Origin: an uncultured Clostridia bacterium
GTDB lineage: Bacteria; Bacillota; Clostridia; Christensenellales; Borkfalkiaceae
Assembly: GCA_944359385.1 (NCBI GenBank)
Contig: CALVSU010000001.1
Coordinates: 1-41,240, forward strand
Direction: 5' to 3'
Length of the DNA stretch: 41,240 nucleotides
Positions within the stretch are counted from its first letter, which is position 1. Every line of letters begins with the position of its first letter. The position numbers and the translations under genes were made by a program. Positions 37,630 to 41,240 of this stretch are shown here, in pieces. Below the pieces are notes generated by a model. That model saw only the letters and a program-made list of their open reading frames with translations, ran no database searches and was not told the origin of the DNA.

Positions 37630-39291
37630 TTATCTGTGCGTATCAGCTTCGCGTATCTGCACGCGCCTGATCTTGCCGCTGATGGTTTTGGGGAGCTCTT
37701 TGACGAACTCGACGATGCGCGGATATTTATAGGGCGCAGTCGTCTTTTTGACGTGGTTCTGTAATTCTTTAACGAGTTCTTCGCCGGGTTCATACCCGTG
37801 TGCGAGAACGATGGTTGCCTTGACGATTTGTCCGCGCAGTTCGTCGGGGACGGCGGTGATGGCGCATTCGAGTACGGCGGGGTGCTCCATGAGCGCGCTC
37901 TCTACTTCGAAAGGTCCGATGCGGTAGCCTGAACTTTTGATGATGTCGTCTTTTCTTCCTACGAACCAGAAATAGCCGTCGCTGTCCGCAAACGCGAGGT
38001 CGCCGAGATGATAATATCCGTCATATTTGACCGTTTCCGTAAGCTCTGGATCTTTGTAATAACCGGCAAAGAGACCTTCTTGCGGGTCTCTTAAGCGGAT
38101 GCAGATTTCGCCTGTTTCGCCCTGTTCGACGGGCTTGTCCTCATTGTTGAGGAGTTGCACGTAGTAGAGGGGGGAAGGCCTGCCCATGGAGCCCGGGCGG
38201 ATCTCCATAAACTGAGAGAAAGTGGCGCAAACGATGGTGGTCTCCGTCTGACCGAACCCTTCGTAAATGACGTGACCCGTTTTCATCCAGATCTGCCTGT
38301 AAATTTCGGGGTTCAGCGCTTCACCTGCGGTCATCATGTATTTGATGCTGGAAAGATCGTATTTGGAAAGGTCGGACTTCATCATGAAACGGTACACGGT
38401 GGGCGGCGCGCAGAAGGTCGTGATTCCGTATTTCGAAACATGGTTCAAAAGATCGTCCGGCTCGAATTTGCCGTGAAAATCGTAGACGAAAATCGCGGAA
38501 CCGCACAGCCATTGTCCGAAAAGCTTGCCCCAGCTCGCTTTTGCCCAGCCTGTTTCGGCGAGGGTAAAATGCAAACCGTTATCCATGCAGTTGAGCCAGT
38601 ATTTCGCGGTTATGATGTGGCCGAGTGTATAGCGTTGGTTGAGCGAAACCATTTTGGGAAGTCCCGTCGTGCCGGAAGTAAAATAGACGAGAATAATGTC
38701 GTTCGCGCTGCATTCGTTTTTATAGGGGACATCGAGCACGTCGCTCTGTTTTTCCGTCTGCTCCGTAAAATCCTCAAAGCCCTCTCTTTTCCCGACACAG
38801 GCGGCAAACCGCACGCAGGGCACGTGTTTCATGGCTTTGAGAATATTGTCGCAAAGTTCGTCCTCGTTGACGGAAACAACCATTTTGACCTCCGCTTTTT
38901 CCATGCGGTAAACGAGGTCTTTTTCCATCAGCATATGCGTGGCGGGGATGCCGATCGCGCCGATCTTGGAAAGCGCCATGAGCGTCGTCCAGTACTCATA
39001 CCGTCTTTGCAGGATAACGAGCACGGTGTCGCCCTTGCCGATGCCGAGGGAAAGAAAATAATTCGCAGTTTTGTCGGAGAGCCTTTTGATATCGGCAAAA
39101 GAAAAGATCTTTTCGCCGCCCAGATCGTCGCACCAGACGAGTGCGCGTTTTTCGGGGTCGAGGCGTGCGTATTCGTCGACCACGTCGTAAGCGTAGTTGA
39201 AATTATCGGGTACGTTGAGCTTGAAATGGTTATAAAAATCGTTGTAATCTTTGAATTGCGTGGTGTTTGTAAAACGACTCAGAAGATTCAT
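37630..39291 (-). CDS. acyl-CoA synthetase (AMP-forming, short/medium-chain type)
   Basis: YFTSGTTGLPK, GFGQTET, GSMG, YHLGD, GRKDDIIKSSGYRIGPFEVES, PKTISGK. GGAGGG RBS. Confidence 0.93.
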   Translation of the reverse strand: MNLLSRFTNTTQFKDYNDFYNHFKLNVPDNFNYAYDVVDEYARLDPEKRALVWCDDLGGEKIFSFADIKRLSDKTANYFLSLGIGKGDTVLVILQRRYEYWTTLMALSKIGAIGIPATHMLMEKDLVYRMEKAEVKMVVSVNEDELCDNILKAMKHVPCVRFAACVGKREGFEDFTEQTEKQSDVLDVPYKNECSANDIILVYFTSGTTGLPKMVSLNQRYTLGHIITAKYWLNCMDNGLHFTLAETGWAKASWGKLFGQWLCGSAIFVYDFHGKFEPDDLLNHVSKYGITTFCAPPTVYRFMMKSDLSKYDLSSIKYMMTAGEALNPEIYRQIWMKTGHVIYEGFGQTETTIVCATFSQFMEIRPGSMGRPSPLYYVQLLNNEDKPVEQGETGEICIRLRDPQEGLFAGYYKDPELTETVKYDGYYHLGDLAFADSDGYFWFVGRKDDIIKSSGYRIGPFEVESALMEHPAVLECAITAVPDELRGQIVKATIVLAHGYEPGEELVKELQNHVKKTTAPYKYPRIVEFVKELPKTISGKIRRVQIREADTHR

Positions 39292-39403
39292 GGGTAAGAG
39301 GCCCTCCGTCCGCCATCGGACAAAAAATATCCTTTATATTGTAGCACATTCCGCCAAAATAATAAAGTATATTTTACGAATCGGGAAAAAATTGTATCTT
39401 TAT

Positions 39404-39432
39404 TTGCAAATTTCGTAAGATAATGTTATAAT
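39404..39432 (+). promoter_or_regulatory. sigmaA promoter for the two small wHTH-TM genes
   Basis: TTGCAA 39404-39409, 17 nt, TGtTATAAT (-10 at 39427-39432). Confidence 0.72.
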
Positions 39433-39485
39433 ATTCCCGAAAAAGGAAACAATCGATGAAATTGTCCGAGGTCGGGGAGGGTTTT

Positions 39486-39854
39486 ATGCTCGATAAGATC
39501 ACGTCTGCGGTGCTGGAGATCGTCAATGCGGGGACGGAAGGCTCCTATAAAGTGATGGAGACTGCCGATTTTCTCGCGCTGTTGCCCGCCAAAAGAAAGA
39601 CGGACGAGCAGGGGCTTGCGAATGCATTGAAATTTCTTGGCGAGCGCGGGTATATCGACGTAAAATATTCGGATAACGGTACGTATTGCCTCTGTTCTCT
39701 TCCCAAAGGCAGGATGTATGCGGAAAATACCGCGGCGGAAGCGGCGGAAAAGAAGGCGAAAGGGAAATTTTTTCTCTTGTTCGCCGCGGCGTTTGTCGGC
39801 GCTCTTATCGGCTCGTTTGCCGCGTGCATATTGGGGTTTGTGTTGTTTGTCTGA
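39486..39854 (+). CDS. hypothetical protein: putative winged-helix domain plus C-terminal TM
   Basis: Start at ATG 39486 after GGAGG; LKFLGERGYIDV...YCL..LPKG wing-like pattern; hydrophobic C-terminus. Confidence 0.65.
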   Translation: MLDKITSAVLEIVNAGTEGSYKVMETADFLALLPAKRKTDEQGLANALKFLGERGYIDVKYSDNGTYCLCSLPKGRMYAENTAAEAAEKKAKGKFFLLFAAAFVGALIGSFAACILGFVLFV

Positions 39855-39869
39855 GAGAGGGGTGCGGTT

Positions 39870-40229
39870 ATGCTGAACAAACAGGAAAACGAAGTGATGA
39901 ATGCCGTCTATGAAATGTGCGACGGCAAAGGGAACTGTCTCGTGAGTCCGTTGGAGATCATGAGTATCCTTCCCGAAAAAAAGAAGTATACGCCCGAGAA
40001 AGTGGACAAGATCCTGCGCTCTTTGGAGCTCGACGATTATTTTGATATCATCGAATCGGAGCGGAAGGGCGAAAAGACGTATGTCATCACCCTGCACGCG
40101 AACGGCGAGGCGTACCGCAGGACGCGTCAACAGATCAAAAGGAGCGTTGCCTTCAAGATCGGCCTTTCGGTCGCGGGCGCGGTCATCACGTTCGTGGTTG
40201 GCATGATCCTGCGGGGTATCTTTTCCTGA
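39870..40229 (+). CDS. hypothetical protein: putative winged-helix domain plus C-terminal TM (paralog of the upstream gene)
   Basis: LRSLELDDYFDI...TYVITLHANG; hydrophobic C-terminus; aligns by eye with the preceding ORF. Confidence 0.7.
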   Translation: MLNKQENEVMNAVYEMCDGKGNCLVSPLEIMSILPEKKKYTPEKVDKILRSLELDDYFDIIESERKGEKTYVITLHANGEAYRRTRQQIKRSVAFKIGLSVAGAVITFVVGMILRGIFS

Positions 40230-40260
40230 AATGCAATGCGACCCATTGCATTTTATTTTT
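40229..40260 (+). terminator. intrinsic terminator
   Basis: AAATGCAATG-CGACC-CATTGCATTT followed by TATTTTT. Confidence 0.65.
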
Positions 40261-40274
40261 GCCTTCTTCTTTCG

Positions 40275-40303
40275 TTGACAAGGCGCTGTTTTTGCGCTAT
40301 AAT
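40275..40303 (+). promoter_or_regulatory. consensus sigmaA promoter of uvrB
   Basis: TTGACA 40275-40280, 17 nt, TATAAT 40298-40303. Confidence 0.88.
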
Positions 40304-40318
40304 ACCCAGTGAAGAATG

Positions 40319-40332
40319 CAAACATTTGTTTG
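40319..40332. promoter_or_regulatory. probable LexA (SOS) box
   Basis: Palindrome CAAAC-ATTT-GTTTG just downstream of the -10. Resembles the Firmicute GAAC-N4-GTTC box. Confidence 0.55.
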
Positions 40333-40374
40333 TAAAGTGCCGCTTTCGTTATACGGGCGGCGCGGGATCGGGAT

Positions 40375-41240
40375 ATGAAAAATTTTGAACTTGTGTCTCC
40401 TTATGCGCCTACGGGCGATCAGCCGGAGGCGATCGAAAAACTGACGGAAGGAGTGCTTGACGGCATTCGCACGCAAGTGCTCGTGGGCGTTACGGGCAGC
40501 GGCAAAACGTTCACGATGGCGAACATCATCAAGAACGTCAACCGTCCGACGCTTGTCATCGCGCACAACAAGACGCTTGCGGCGCAGCTCTGCAACGAAT
40601 TTCGCGAATTTTTCCCGCACAACAGGGTGGAGTATTTTGTATCTTATTACGATTATTATCAGCCGGAAAGCTATATCCCCAGCACGGATACTTATATCGA
40701 AAAAGATATGTCCGTCAATGACGAGATCGATAAGCTTCGCAATTCCGCCACCGCGTCTTTGGGCGAAAGGGAGGATACGCTGGTCGTTGCGAGCGTTTCC
40801 TGTATTTACGGACTCGGCGCACCCGAAGAATATTTCAAACTTGCCATCTCCCTGCGGCCGGGCGATGAGATCTCGCGCGAAGAACTCATCCGCCGTCTCA
40901 TTGAACTGCAATACACGAGAAAAGACATCGATTTTTCCCGTTCTTCCTTCCGCGTGCGCGGCGATATCGTCGAGATCTTTCCCGCGGGCGCGTCGGAGAT
41001 CGCGATCCGCGTCGAATTTTTCGGCGATGAGATAGACAGACTCTGCGAAGAAGAGGTCGTCACGGGCAAGATCACGGCAGACCTCAAACACGCGCTGATC
41101 TTCCCCGCGAGCCACTATGCAGTAGGAAGCATGAAGCTCATGACCGCGATAGAGGAGATCGAGCGCGATCTCAAAACGGAGGTCAAGGCGTTTCAGGACG
41201 AAGGGAAGCTCCTTGAAGCCCAGCGCCTGCAACAGCGTAC
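40375..41240 (+). CDS. uvrB: excinuclease ABC subunit B, 5' part (runs off the window; absent from the ORF track)
   Basis: Manual translation: [20 protein letters not shown]...[15 protein letters not shown]...[10 protein letters not shown]...[12 protein letters not shown]. Confidence 0.97.
   Translation, partial: MKNFELVSPYAPTGDQPEAIEKLTEGVLDGIRTQVLVGVTGSGKTFTMANIIKNVNRPTLVIAHNKTLAAQLCNEFREFFPHNRVEYFVSYYDYYQPESYIPSTDTYIEKDMSVNDEIDKLRNSATASLGEREDTLVVASVSCIYGLGAPEEYFKLAISLRPGDEISREELIRRLIELQYTRKDIDFSRSSFRVRGDIVEIFPAGASEIAIRVEFFGDEIDRLCEEEVVTGKITADLKHALIFPASHYAVGSMKLMTAIEEIERDLKTEVKAFQDEGKLLEAQRLQQR

Noticed and set aside
37329-37793. ORFs 37329-37670 (+) and 37350-37793 (-)
   Set aside because: They are translations of the 34-bp repeat, whose period is not a multiple of 3. 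They lack an RBS and overlap the synthetase end.

Overview
GC-rich chromosomal region, mostly core genes, from an anaerobic Firmicute. Clostridia is inferred from gene content and order (dgt-dnaG-rpoD-trmK-nif3, rnfCDGEAB, TG-extended sigmaA promoters). In order: a truncated tRNA-Ser(UGA); tyrA; a long + strand run (DUF1934-like, MBL hydrolase, rho, ROK kinase, patatin, ComEC-like MBL protein, aroC-B-A-E-Q-K, SDR); the macromolecular-synthesis operon; an AraC regulator; a 1245-aa acidic surface protein; two half-size TauE genes; an Rnf operon; HAD; ppx/gppA; maf; a divergent MreB; a zinc-ribbon membrane protein; a 34-bp minisatellite; an acyl-CoA synthetase; two small wHTH-TM paralogs; and the 5' part of uvrB. 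No transposase, integrase, prophage or CRISPR array was seen. The most striking observation is a 607-aa RnfD carrying an extra TM helix and two tandem RnfG-like FMN-binding domains while a separate rnfG is retained, which predicts four covalent flavin sites instead of the usual two. All calls come from motif recognition by eye; no database searches were run.
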